Positions 26,212-38,546 of a stretch of 64,000 nucleotides of DNA are shown here, piece after piece (positions within the stretch are counted from its first letter, which is position 1; each line of letters opens with the position of its first letter). The notes below the pieces were generated by a model. That model saw only the letters and a list, made by a program, of their open reading frames with translations, ran no database searches and was not told the origin of the DNA. The position numbers were made by a program, and so were the translations under genes. This DNA comes from Octopus bimaculoides (lineage: Eukaryota): the NCBI RefSeq assembly GCF_001194135.2, contig NC_068991.1, positions 24,597,743 through 24,661,742 on the forward strand, in the 5' to 3' direction.

Positions 26212-27224
26212 TTAAACTAGATAAACTCCAGAATCCTGGGAAATTTTACTTCCAGCCCAACAACAACACTTCTTTTACCATCTATCTTCATGTTCAGATG
26301 AAGAGGAAAACCAAGAAAAAAAAAAAAAAAAAAAAAAAAGACAACAGTTCTTATGACAAACTTGGCTTGAACATTTTTAATAACTGACTTTACTCGCTGA
26401 CCCTCACAACGCATATTTTCTCAATCTATTTTAATACTATATTAATCTGTCTTTCTACATCTATTCATTGTTATTCTTTTATTTTATATGCAGCTGTACA
26501 CACATAATTATGAATTTTACATACTTGTAGATATATAAACATGTGTATACAGGCACGTGCGCGCACACACACACGCACACATTCTGCAGCTCTATACATA
26601 CATAAGCATGAATCTCCATGTTTGTAGATATATGTACACACACACACACATGCACACACACACACAAACACACACACACACACACAAACACACACAGACA
26701 CACACACACATCCAGCAAAATACACAAACATGAATACATACATGCATGTATTAGGCTCATGTCCATACATTCATGCATTTACATCTTAATCTAAGTCACT
26801 GTTAATCCTACCAATTAGATTTAAAGGGAGGCAAGGAGGCAAAGGTGAGAGGGGGGGCACTTGTCAATCAGCAACTTGACCACCTGTCAGATTTCAGGTA
26901 GTAGAAGGAGAACAATTAAATCCTCAGCCAACATTGAAGCCACCATATATGTTCTGGAGGACACTTATAGTAAAAGTTCAGTAAAGTGTCACACTAAAGT
27001 TTTTTCTCAAAACAGTTTTATTGTTCTGGAGCCTTTTCTCTCTTATTATTTATTTTATATTGAAAACTTTGTGGTTTGTGAGTTAAAGAAACTTTGTTAT
27101 GGTGCAATTGGGACATTAAGTTTCAATAAAAGGGATTTGATTAGAGTTAAAAAAAACGAAAGAAGAAAAAGTGGTAGGTTATATTTTTTTCTTTGTTCTT
27201 CATTACTTTATTAAGTACAGAATA

Positions 27225-27261
<37 letters not shown>

Positions 27262-27682
27262 GGAAAAAATGACATAGAAGGAAGGAAGTACACAGACACA
27301 CACCATGACAAATAAAACGGAGCCAACATAAAGGGACCAGAGAAGTCACTGTATGTATAACAATCACACACATACAAATATACATATTCAAATGGGGTTT
27401 TGACCACTACTTGAGCTATGCTCTCTACTATCTTTCAAAAGATCAATAAATATTCAAATTTACATTTACATTTACATTCCTTTGTGGGTTACCTATCATT
27501 TTCATTGGTTAATCAATTGGTCAATCTGACTGTCATTGAACATTCCATTTATAGCCATATACATATATAAATGCTTGAATTCCAAGAACAATCCAATACT
27601 TCTTCGTATGGAAAAACTGATCTTGATGTTTAAATATGCTTCAGCAAGTACGAGTACACACTTATGTATTTACACACACATG

Positions 27683-27715
<33 letters not shown>

Positions 27716-28686
27716 ATGCTTATATGTGTGTGTGTGTCTATATACACAATTGAGAGAGAGAGAGAGAGAGAGAGAGATGATTGTCAACTCATAGATGAGT
27801 AGGAGCACTTTTAAATACAACAGTTTAGTTGTCAGATGGAATTCTTCTTTGATCAGCAAGCAATCTATTCCACTTTATGAACAAAAAAATAACCTCTCAT
27901 CCTTTTTGTCTATTTTTCATGCACAATTCTTTCCTAATCAATTTATCTTTAGATTTCATATCTAAATGAATGGCTCTTACAAAATATCTTTGACAGACAA
28001 TCTAATTCTGTATACTTTGTATATAAGGAATGATTTGAGTAGTTGCTATTTATACTGATAGAGTTATTTCTGTAATAGTGGACAGTACACATGTACACTC
28101 ATGATCTAGTTGGTTTTTTTATGTTTAAATCTTTGGAATCCTTCATAAGCATAAACCATCATCTTCCAAGCTGCTAAGTTAATATGAATTTGACCTAGTT
28201 GCTGGAAACAATAACCATTATACTTTCATATTTCAGGTAGTGAGCAAGGGTGCTTTACAGTACCTTCTTTATATTTAACTCTTCATAAAGATCTTACTTA
28301 GGCCTCAAATTGTATAACATTACCAACTCATTAAGGTTTGTACTTAATGATTCAAAAGTGGGGGACACAAGTCTGCTTAAGTTAAAACAATTCCACGTGA
28401 TATTATTTATTCTAATAGGTGTTGACCTTTTGTAAATGAGTACCCCCTTTCACCGAATGGTGCAAAGCAGGGTGCTTTTACAAGCACCCAGTTTTGCATG
28501 TTCTGCAAAGAAGGAAGAAGGGAAAAACAGAATATTTTAATTAAAAGAAGCTAATTCTACACAGTGGTTTATCCATACTTTCTTACAGTATCCAATCCAG
28601 TATGTGTCTCTTATTAGATATTTGCATGGATTGGTATTACCTACGTTAATTTTTTATGGGAATTACTAAAGAAGGTGAGGAGTTCA

Positions 28687-29400
28687 TCATTATCATCATT
28701 TAACATCTGCCTTCCATGCTGGCATGGGTAGGACGGTTTGACAAGAGCCAGCCAGGCAGAAGCCTGACCCAGACTTCTATAACTGTTTTGGCAGGGTTTT
28801 TACAGGTGGATGCCCTTCCTAACACCAACCACTCAGCAGAGTGGACTTAGTGCTTTTTTATGTGGCACAAGCACAGGTAAGGTCAGTTTTGGCAAGGTTT
28901 TTACAGCTGGATGCCCTTCCAAACACCAACCACTTTACATTGTGGACCGGGTACTTTTAAGTGGCACCTGCACTGTCAGGGTCATCAAGTACTTGCAAGG
29001 AAAAAAAAACCTCTTTTGAGAAGGGAGGGGGCATTGGCGGAAGTGATCTTGTGTCAGATGATAAAAGGTTATAGTGAGGCAGAGAGATAGAAACAGGTGT
29101 CTTGCTATAGAGGAGGTACAATGTTACCCGGCCGGAGAGAGAGAGAGAGAGAGATCAGGAATGAAGAGAGAAACAGATGTGCTGCTGCAAAGGAAATACA
29201 TGGTTACCCAAACTGAGGGAAGTGCAGCAGAAGGAGAGAGAGAGAAGGAGACAGCAGGATAGAGATGGTAGCAAAGTGCCAGGCATACACAATGACCCGG
29301 TGAAACAGGTCATGGGTGGAACATGCAGGTTAGAAGCTAGCAGATAGCAATGATACAGTGACACAGGGCCAAGATGACAGGATTGGGGAGTGGGAGGCAA
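28687..29400 (-). mobile_element. RTE-tail-related retroelement subfamily with internal 60-bp duplication; second copy at 61566-62008
   Basis: (CAT)n-like tail and a duplicated ttttggca.ggtttttacag.tggatgcccttcc.aacaccaaccact unit. Colinear with 61566-62008. Confidence 0.75.
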
Positions 29401-30800
29401 GCCTAGTGCATGAAGTGGAAATGTGAGGAAGAGAAGAGATGTAGTTTGGTTTGTTGTGGTAGAGTGTGTGAGAAATTTTCTTGTTAAGTGTGGGTGGGAT
29501 ACACAGTGCTTTTAGAATTCAGTTTCGCTGACGTGGGTAGGTCTTCTCAAGAACTTCATATTGCCAGATATAATGAAATTATATTGCACCTTGGGTGCAG
29601 GATCAGTTTTGTTTCCTGCTCAATGTCAACACAATTTCTGATTTATGTTCTCATTCCAACAAAATCCCCAGTGTCCCATCTCCCTCCATAATGTTGCTCG
29701 ACATTTGCAACCTCCTTGTGAGCTCACAAAGCCCCCAATGAGATGTTACCATCCAAGTTAAAAACAACTGCTTTATATAGTCAACACAAATCCCACAACA
29801 GCTTCATATCTTACACCATGCTACATCTGTTATCACATACAAAAACTAGAAGCAAATTTGAATGATTCATCACCTGGTTTATGCATCTTAAACAGTACAT
29901 CACCAGATCAAAGTTGTACTTTTGAAGGGTCTCCTACCACCACCACCACCACTACAAACAAAACAGACATCCTTTCAGAAGTCTTTCATAACTCTGTAGA
30001 TGAAAATTCTTACATTCCTACATCTAAATCTGGAATTTTTCTTAATGTTCCTATTAAAACTAATTCTTGACTTTATATTATTTTGGCCCTGGTTAGGATA
30101 TTAGTCTTAAACAGGTACGTGTGAGACAAACAACTAGTAACTCATTTTTAATTACTGTGTAAATAGTCTTACCCATATTGTTGTTCAGGTATGGAGAGTA
30201 AAGAGGAAGAGTGAAGTTAGGGGTTAGCATAAAGGAGCAGTGGCAGGGAACAAAGTAACAATGGCAATGGGGTGGATTGAGTTTGGTGAACTTTGTGATG
30301 GGGGTGGGCCAGTGTGTCTGCTATAGCAACATAAGTTAGCAAAATTATACACAAACAAACACACACACACACACACATACATACACAAGTAGATAAGTGT
30401 ACAAAGAAAATGGCTCCCACAATCATTCAGAAGTTCCTAGACACACGGACACATACCTGCCAGTCTCTGATGCCCATGAGAGTCATTGGCAGCTAAACTA
30501 CCTGAATAAATACATTACATAAGATATTGGTTTCAAATTTTGGTACAAGGCCAGCAGTTTTGGGGAAGAAGCTAAGTCAATCTCATCATCCCCAGTGTTC
30601 AGCTGGTACTTATTTTACTGACTGCAAAAAGACGAAAGGCAAAGCTGACCTTAGTGGAATTTGAACACAGAATGTGAAGACACACAAAATTCCATTAAAC
30701 ATTTTGCCCAGCATACTTATAATTCTGTCAGCTTGCCACCTTGCTCTACATAAGATATCAAAGCTCTTTTCTTTTAAGACTTATCTACGTCTGTATACAT

Positions 30801-30846
<46 letters not shown>

Positions 30847-31880
30847 TATAAACATGCAAAGATTATAAATCAATAAGGGACACTATACATTTGTTCAGCA
30901 TGCCAGAAATAGCAGCCAAATACTCACACCTTATCACCTTAAATAAAGAAAGGATATATTTAACAATGTAATCCTACAAACTCCTAAAATAGTGAGATGA
31001 TCATGACTAGAATTAATTATAACATACAAAACACAAGTCTCAATGCCAAAGATGCTATCTTTAAGACAGTATGTTTATTCTAGTATTTAACACAGAAGGC
31101 AGTCATTGATAATCAGATTAGTGGCTTCTTGAATTTGTAATGATGGATTAAGCAACACCTTTATGAATGAAGAGAGATTTGATACTAAATAGTGTAGGAG
31201 CGGGAGGAGGTTACGTTAATAACATATGTAGATGAGTCTTAATTTAAATGGATTTTCGGTACATCTGGCATCTAAAAATATCAATGTGTTTAATTTTGAT
31301 ACATTAGTGTGAAGCTTATGCATTTGCTTATCTTCTTTTTCTTCAATTCTTTGCTGTATGAAGCTAATATAAAATTTAAGCTTTTTTTTATATTGTTCAG
31401 TATGTTTGTACCAAAAGAAAATAAGGACAATATTCTATAACAAAACATATTTGAAGAATGGAAATTTTAGACAAACTGTTTAAGTTTTCATTTATATCTT
31501 TGATATCATACCTCTGCAACACACTTTTTTCAAGTAAATATGTAACATTTTCCCAAATAAACTACTTTTTAAAACTGTAAACTTATGTCTTTCAAGACCA
31601 TCTTTCTTATTATTTCCCCCTTAAATATTTCGAAATTTAGAGCTTTGATCTTTTGATAGTTTGATTATATGGTTCATTTGAAATTCAGACTACTCACATT
31701 TGGCCTTATGATTGGCACCCATTTGCAATAGACTGATATTTTATCAATGGAAAGCTGTTTATCAATAACTTAATGCTACAAGATCAAACTTAAGACCCAT
31801 CCTAGAGCACACTGAAGCTTACAGAAAATGTACACTACATAAACAAACAACACTGGTTCCTAGATCAGTGCAAAAGTAAT

Positions 31881-31939
<59 letters not shown>

Positions 31940-32225
31940 GTGCAGGCTTCCACATATCTTTTTTTCTTTTTTACTTTTTTGTTTCAGATTGTGGCCATGC
32001 TGGAGCACCACCTTAAAGGGCTTTAGTTGAACAAATCNNNNNNNNNNNNNNNNNNNNNNNNNNNNNNNNNNNNNNNNNNNNNNNNNNNNNNNNNNNNNNN
32101 NNNNNNNNNNNNNNNNNNNNNNNNNNNNNNNNNNNNNNNNNNNNNNNNNNNNNNNNNNNNNNNNNNNNNNNNNNNNNNNNNNNNNNNNNNNNNNNNNNNN
32201 NNNNNNNNNNNNNNNNNNNNNNNNN

Positions 32226-32257
<32 letters not shown>

Positions 32258-33402
32258 CATATATATATATTATGGGCTTCTTTCAGTTTCTGTCTACCAA
32301 ATGCACTCACAAGGCTTTGGTTGACCTGAGGCTATAGTAGAAGACACTTGCCCAAGCTGCCTTGCAATGGGACTGAACCCAAAACCATGTGGTTAGGAAG
32401 CAAGCTTCTTACCACACAGCCACACCTGCTTTCAACAAAATTCTACTCATAAGTTATAGGTCAACTTGAGGTTTTAGTAGAAGACACTTGCCCAAAGGGT
32501 TGTGCAGTGAGATCAAACCCAGAACTACATGGCTTCAAAGAGAACTCATTAACAAAACAGCAATGCCAGCATGCATACACACACATGCACACACACAGTT
32601 AGCTCTGAGCTACTCTTTCCTTGGCTCGTTTAGATAAAAATAATTCTGAGCTGGGTGTTATTAGCTAGACCTCAAATTATAGCAGCACTGTTCATTTGAA
32701 TAACAACAGATTGAAGTTGCAACATAAATTGAGGGGCAGGGTGAGAGAAAGAGAGATATTAGTTTGTCAATGTCTGGCTTTGTGTTGTGCTATTCATGCA
32801 TAAATATAATGAGACTGAGTGAAGTAATTTACTACTGCAGATGAACAGGTGAGGAAAATATGGTGCTTTAATATCATCTTCATACCAAATCATCTCATCA
32901 TAAACCTAGCAATGACAGTTCTGGTTATAAAGTCAGCATTAATGTTCCAGTCATAATGTTGATACTTGTTGATACTTCAGAGCCCATCATAAAATTGATC
33001 ATCTGTATTCTCGTTATAAAATCAGTACTCATTTCTAGATCCAATTAATATATATTATAGATGTGAATGTATATCTATTATAAAAATATAATGGCAATAT
33101 AGCAGAAACACATGTCATTTGACGGTTGTTCGTAGACATAATAATCATTATTGGTAATATATTTCCAGCTGAATCTGTGATTAAATAACAAATATCTTCA
33201 TGGATTATCCGCAGGTTGTTATTAACATAGAGCTGAACACATTTCACAAAACTTAAGTCCAACATACCAATTACAACATGTAATTAATTGTAAATATTTA
33301 CAGTATCAAAATGTCAACTTACTGATTACTTGTGTCTTACTACAAACAATACATTATATCTCACCAAACATTTGAACAGAGATTTTCCCTTCATTAATTT
33401 AA

Positions 33403-34108
33403 CCTTTTAGCATTTGAACCAACCATATCCAGCCGAAATATTCTACTTGCTTTATGTTCAAACTGGCTTGATCTGGCCTCTCACACCTATACTACAATAT
33501 CACTAAAAATACTGAATGACATCTTTCAAATCTCAAAAGTATGAGGTTAGGTATGATTAATTCAAAACAATGTGAATAAATATGCATTCATCATCATCAT
33601 CATCATCGTTTAACGTCCGCTTTCCATGCTAGCATGGGTTGGATGATTTGACTGAGGACTGGTGAACCAGATGGCTACACCAGGCTCCAATCTGATTTGG
33701 TAGAGTTTCTACAGCTGGCTGCCCTTCCTAATGCCAACCACTCTGAGAGTGTAGTGGGTGCTTTTATGTGCCACCAGCACAAAGTCGGTGGTACTGGCAA
33801 CGGCCACGCTCAAAATGGTGTATTTTACATGCCACCTGCACAGGAGCCAGTCCAGCGGCACTGGCACGATCTGACTCGAATGTCTTTGCACGTGCCACCG
33901 GCACAAGTGCCAGGAAGGCAACACTGGGCACAGGTGCCATCATGATTTCGCTTTCGCTTGCCCCAACAGGTCTTCACAAGCCGAGTTTCGTGTCACCTGC
34001 ATAGGAGCCAGTCCAGCAGCACTGGCAACGATCTCACTCGAATGTCTTTACACATGCCACCGGCACAAATGCCATTATATTTAACAAAATAATCTGAATG
34101 CTAAAGGG
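33403..34108. mobile_element. piggyBac-type MITE (family of 60110-60320) interrupted by an RTE 3' UTR insertion (33589-34073)
   Basis: TTAA-ccttttagcatt ... aatgctaaaggg-TTAA. Removing 33589-34073 restores the reverse complement of the 60110-60320 element. Confidence 0.8.
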
Positions 34109-34276
34109 TTAAAATTACAGTTAAAAAATAATTGGGTTTAAATCTCAGTGTGATGTGGTTTACATTGTTTGGGTGGATGCTCTCTTGTCAGTTAGATGGG
34201 TCAGAACTAAAACAACCCATTTACACAACATCAACAAAAATTTGAATTTTAAATAATTACATGTTTATATGTAACA

Positions 34277-34459
34277 GGTGCAGGCTTGACTGTATGTTTA
34301 AGAATCTTGCTTCCCAACCCTATGGTCTTGGGTTTAGTCCCACTGTGTAGCACCTTGAGCAAGTGTATTCTACTATAGCCCTGAGCTGATTAAAGCCTTT
34401 GAGTGGATTTGGTAGGCGGAAACTTGAAGAAATTCATCATTTATTTATATATACATACA

Positions 34460-34500
<41 letters not shown>

Positions 34501-34710
34501 ATGTGTTATGTTTAATCTCACCATCACCATTACTTTACAACTGGTGCTGGTTTGTTTACATCTCCATAATATAGCAGTTCAGCAAAAGGGTCTGACAGAA
34601 TAAATATCAGGTTTAACAAAGAGGACTAGGGTCAGTTTGTTTGACTAAGCCCTTCAAGGTAATGCCCCAGCATGGCCACAGTCCAATGAATGAAAGAAGT
34701 AAAAGATAAA
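34277..34710 (+). mobile_element. tRNA-derived SINE family 1, full-length diverged copy
   Basis: Colinear with the reverse complement of 319-711, including the central (TG)n. Confidence 0.75.
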
Positions 34711-35471
34711 TGATGAAAGATAAAAAAGAAGTAAGCTAAAAGTTTTGGAGTTCAGTATAACTTGCATACTTATCCATTTGCACTAAATGGCTCTTCAAAT
34801 AGTTTGTATTCATTTAAGTGTTAACATCATTAAGAGATTGTTGTTAAAAAGCATGGTGAATTTAACAAAACAAAACAAAACAATTATACAAACAAAAGTA
34901 ATAAATTTTTTAAAAAGTAGACAACTTAATACAGTGTTTGTACAGCTATCCAAAATACAAAGAACTAGTTAAGACTTTTGTAATATACAAAGACATGAAT
35001 GTTTTCATAACTTCAACACTAGAGAAAAACAAGGGCAGAAAAGTACATGGTGTAAGATAGTGACAGATAAAATAACATATTACTTCAGTTATTCTTTTGA
35101 TCAAGTAATTATCTTTTTCAGTCAAGTACAGGGCAGATTATATATCCACACTAACTTGAGACCTTGTGAAAAGTGAGAATTTGGTGCTCTTTAGTTGAAA
35201 GAAAGAACAAGGCCAGATAGGTTAACAGATTAAGCTATCACCACACCTGAATTGAAAAGCACAATGATAGTCATGTAATAGTCATGCCAGTTTAGTGAAA
35301 GAGGAGATACTGTGAATAACATCACTGTTGAAATATCTTGCATTTTCCAACTGTTGACTTTATCAACAAATCTTGCTATCTTCTAAATTACTGATGGGTT
35401 GTATGTAAATAACACCCTTTTTGCTAACTTCTAAATTACTAATGGGTTGTATGTAAATAACATTTTTTTAA

Positions 35472-35901
35472 CACTTTAGCATTCACATTACTTTATCAAG
35501 TGTAATGTTTGTTTCTTCACATTGTTTTGAATTAATCAGGCACTATCTTGTAGCTTCAAGATTTGGATGACATGATGTTTATTTTTTAAATGATATTGTA
35601 ACTGTAAGCAGCTAGATATGGCCATTTTAACATAAAATAGGTAGAATACTTGGGTCAGTTATGGCATATGTAAATAACACTCTTTAACCCTTTAGCATTC
35701 AGATTACTCTCTGTCAAGTGTAATGTTTATTTATTCACATTGTTTTGAATTAATCATACATTAATCTTGTAGCTTCTAAATTTTGATAACATGATATTTG
35801 TTTTTAGAATGACATTATAGGTGTAAGAGGCCAGATCTGGTCTTTTTAATATAAAACAGGTAGAATATGGACAAGATATGACCAGTTTAAATACTAAAGA
35901 A
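35472..35901. mobile_element. Two tandem copies of the TTAA-flanked MITE
   Basis: Copies start at 35472 and 35688 after TTAA, and the second ends at TTAA 35902-05. Similar to 60110-60320. Confidence 0.75.
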
Positions 35902-37194
35902 TTAAATACAGCATATTTTTGGATGACATTGTGATGTCGATCTTTTAACTGTTTAACTTTTAAAAAACTAATTAGCATAATAAAATTTTTTTTAAATAAA
36001 AAATATATTGCTATTTATTTACATATATACAATAATTAAATGAATTTCAAATTTATTACGTCAAAACGTCAAGATCTACCAACATAACAAGAACTCTAAC
36101 CCTCTGAATATTATAATCTTTTTTCTTAAGCTTTTATAAATTCTAAATATTTTCTTTGTCTACAATATTTTATAAACTTCTAGTGACTTTAACAAAAAAG
36201 AAATGTAGCAGTACCATCTTCACTCAAGTCTCTTATTCTTAACATCAGAAAAGCCAATGACCTTTTTACCCTCTTTAATGTAGCTTCAAAGAACAATGAT
36301 GTGACACAGAATTTTAAAAAATAAGTATGGAACCAAATCTTAACAAAACAATGAAAAATGATTCTCTGTCTTCTCTCTATTAGTTTTATGGGTCAAACTT
36401 CAAAAACTCCTGGTGTTGTCCACCCAACATCACCTTATTATTATATATAAACAGTGTCCTGGCACTTACTGGTATTCCTTTGGAATGCCATTCTAAATTG
36501 AGCCCATCAATCATCTTCTATAGCTACATAACAGCAGTGAACCCAGAAGATCTCAAAGAAAAAAGAGTTGGAACATTTAAAGTATTGTTATCCTCAAAGC
36601 TTCTCCAGATAATGTCTGTGTAAATAAATGTACATACATGAACAATATTTCAACTACAAGATACAAATTTTGATGAACTTATTTTTCACCATAAAAAATC
36701 AACAAATATAGAAAAGTATTTTAAAAGTTGATACGTTGATTTAGCTAGTAAAAATATAGTTGTCTAACTTTCTAAACTGACTGCTTGAAAACTGGTAAAA
36801 CACGAAATTAATAGTCACAATCTCTGTAATTTCAGCTTAAGATAATACATAAGTATATTTGATTAAATATAAAATATAAATAGACTAAATATCATCATCA
36901 AAGTGCACATTTAACACCCACTTTTTCATTCTTGCATAGATTAGAGAGGCAGATTCTCTATGGCCAGATGCACTTCCTCTCACCAACCCTAACCTGTTTC
37001 CAAGCAAAGTAATATTTCCCAATGGCCAGACATTTTTGCAGAAAATTGGACCACTTTTATAACAATGACACTCATTTATAATTATCATACAAAGTCAAGA
37101 CACACACACACACCTTCCCTTACAATATTAGTGACACTTTGTAACAAAGTAAAAAATCATTATTATTATCAACTGCAGTAAACTTCTAATTAGA

Positions 37195-38170
37195 TATTGG
37201 GTTCAAATTCTGGCACAAGGCCATCAGTTCTGAGGGAGACCAAGTCAATTACATTGACACCAGTGCATGACTGGTACTTATTTTTATCAACACTGAAACA
37301 ATGAAAAGCAAAGGTGACTCAACAGAATTGGAACTCAGAATGTAAAAACTGACAAAATGTGACTAAGCATTTTGCCCAGTATGCTAACGAGTCTGCCAGC
37401 TTGCTGCTCTAACTTCTAATTAAATATCAATTTCTAGCATTAATACAAGGTCACACACTCTGGGAGAAAATATAGACAATCAAACTGATCTATTTCTTGA
37501 CTGATACTTTATTTTATCAACCCTTGGAATGATAATAGCTAAGTTGAGTTCAACAGGATTTGAACTCAGAACACAAAGGGCTATACCTGGAAGCCATTTT
37601 GTCTGATACTCTAATGATTTTGTCACTCCATCTATTCAAATAATGTTAAAAACAAAGAAAGGGCAGTAAGTTAGCAGAATTGATAGCATGCCAGGCAAAA
37701 TGCTTTGTAGCATTTTGTCTGTCTTTACGATCTGAGTTCAAATTCTGCTTTGCCTTTCATCATTTCGTGGTCAATAAAATAAGTACCAGCTGAGGACTGG
37801 GATTGATCTAATTGACTCAGCCCCTTCTTCGAAACTTCTGGCCTTGTACCAAAATTTGAAAGCAATATTGATTTCAAATTTTGGCACAAGGCCAGCAATT
37901 TGGTAGGAAGGGTAAGTCAATTACATGAATCCCAGTCCTCAACTGGTACTTATTTTATCGACCATGAAAGGATGAAAAGCAAAGTTGACCTCAGCAGAAT
38001 TTCAACTCAGATTGTAAAGACAGACAAAATGCTGCAAAGCATTTTGCTAGGCATGCTATCAAAAGTCAACCTCAGCAGAACTTGAACTCAGAATGTAAAG
38101 ATGGACAAAATGCAGCTAAGCATTTTGCCTGGTATGCTTGCTGCCTTAAAAATTTGAAACCAATATTATA
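37195..38170. mobile_element. Cluster of at least 5 SINE family-3 copies in both orientations, including a tail-to-tail palindrome 37682-38060
   Basis: Repeated gagttcaaat/gaactcag, aagtaccag/ctggtactt and ccaaaatttgaaa/tttcaaattttgg motifs. Confidence 0.8.
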
Positions 38171-38193
38171 AACAAAGAATATTATTCTCTCAC

Positions 38194-38546
38194 CTGTAGT
38201 GCTGATAAATTGGCCAAAAGAGTTCTTTGAAGGTAAATTTGCTCCTGCAAGTACTGTGGTGTAAGGTAGATGTCATTTCCGTCAGCCATTCCAGAATGCA
38301 CAGTTACACTAACATTGAGGATCTGTGCTGTCACATCAGTGTCATCCTGCACATTGATGACAAGAATATTTTTCTCGTCAGTGTGTAGAACAGTGGCCAA
38401 AGCATTGATGAAGAAGTTATAGAGGGGTGACAAGAATGCTTCAGATGTCATGTTGTTTAGTCGAATTGTTATGCTGTGCCTCAGAATCTCATCTGTCACT
38501 AAACGCACATAGAGGTGACAAATAGCTTTTGCTTCGTTCAGTCCAT
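38194..38546 (-). CDS. CELSR: Flamingo/starry night (CELSR) internal exon: end of last cadherin repeat plus Flamingo box
   Basis: Translation (D)GLNEAKAICHLYVRLVTDEIL...SITIRLNNMTSEAFLSPL...VQDDTDV...ILNVS...TPQYLQEQIYLQR...LSALQ matches the Flamingo/CELSR pattern as I recall it. Acceptor tttttACAG at 38548-38547, donor CAG/GTGAGA at 38193-38192. 353 bp, phase 1 to 0. Confidence 0.96.
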
